A DNA stretch of 64,000 bases from Stegostoma tigrinum (lineage: Eukaryota): NCBI RefSeq assembly GCF_030684315.1, contig NC_081363.1, positions 27,964,116-28,028,115 on the forward strand. Direction: 5' to 3'. A program made the translations under genes and the position numbers. The notes under the pieces were generated by a model that saw only the letters and a program-made list of their open reading frames with translations, did no database searches and had not been told where the DNA came from. Within the stretch, counting starts at the first letter, position 1. Every line of letters begins with the position of its first letter. Shown piece after piece: positions 63,144 through 64,000 of the stretch.

Positions 63144-64000
63144 TTAAATTATATCTTCTGATCATTATATAATGCTGAACATTTGCAGTCATTGGTGCTT
63201 ATAAGTTCTTTTTCAAAATATCTTTTGCAGTTTCAAAAAGATGTCTGATAACTTTCTGCATGTTATTCATTCAACAGTTTACTATATATTCTTAATCCAA
63301 ACATTTTAATTTGTATAGAACCTTTTAATGTAATAAAACATGGCCAGAATGCACTGTGACAATATTATAAAAGAAAACATGACACTAAAAAAAAAGGCAT
63401 TGGGTCAGATAACTAAATGCTTGGTCAAAGTGGTATGTTTTTAGGAGAAAAATGACACAGAAAGGGAGGGTACTTCAGAACTTGATAGCATAGTCACCAA
63501 TGGTAGAAAAATTAAAATCAGGAATGATGAAGGCACCAGAATTAGGTGAGTGTAGAGATCTTAAAGAGTTGTGGAGCTAGAAGAAATAAGGACATAGGAA
63601 AAGATGAGACCATGGATAGGTTTGAAAACAAGGATGACAATCTTAAGATTAAGGTGTATGGGCTGGAGTTAATGAGCACCGAAATAATAGGGGAACAGAC
63701 TTAGAATGATCAATCAGCCCAGAACATCCCAAGACAGGTTTTCTTTTGTAAATTTATGGGATGTGGGTATCGCTAGCTAGGCTAACATTTATTGCCCATC
63801 CCTAGTTGCCCTCAAGAAGGTTGTGGTAGGCTGCTTTTTTGAATTGCTGCAGACTGTTTAGTATAGGTAGTCCCAGAGTGCTGTTAGGGCAGGCATTTCA
63901 GGATATTGACACAGCAACAGTAAAAAAAAAATCAGTGATACATTGCCAAGTCAGGATGGTGAGTATCTTGGAGGGGAACTTGCAGGTGGTGCTGTTCTGA

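Overview
Eukaryotic genomic DNA, most likely from a cartilaginous fish; this is inferred from the HE1-like SINE, the CR1 fragments and the Penelope-type repeats. The window holds a complete NDUFB1 gene (+; probable non-coding exon 1 ending at 2413, coding exons 10633-10769 and 15052-15088, 57 aa) and a complete 11-exon ATXN3/ataxin-3 gene (+; 20082-59033, 360 aa). A CpG-rich bidirectional promoter at about 2.1-2.6 kb carries a divergent first exon, probably CPSF2 by synteny only. The introns are full of CR1, Rex/Babar-like LINE, SINE and hAT remnants. The most striking non-gene structure is a set of Penelope-like elements (PLE; RT + GIY-YIG) inserted as fold-back units with both 3' termini facing outward and 11-14 bp target-site duplications. 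These range from 2.3 kb down to 190-290 bp non-coding palindromes. Up to four sequence families each carry a minimal hammerhead-ribozyme-like core (CUGANGA-stemII-GAAA-palindromic stemIII). Other points of note: a possible U12-type intron and a GC-AG intron in ATXN3, no polyQ tract, a degenerate third UIM, a PLE-CR1 chimeric retrocopy, a local templated insertion and a near-perfect 674 bp tandem duplication. All alignments were done by eye, and repeat boundaries without a TSD are approximate.
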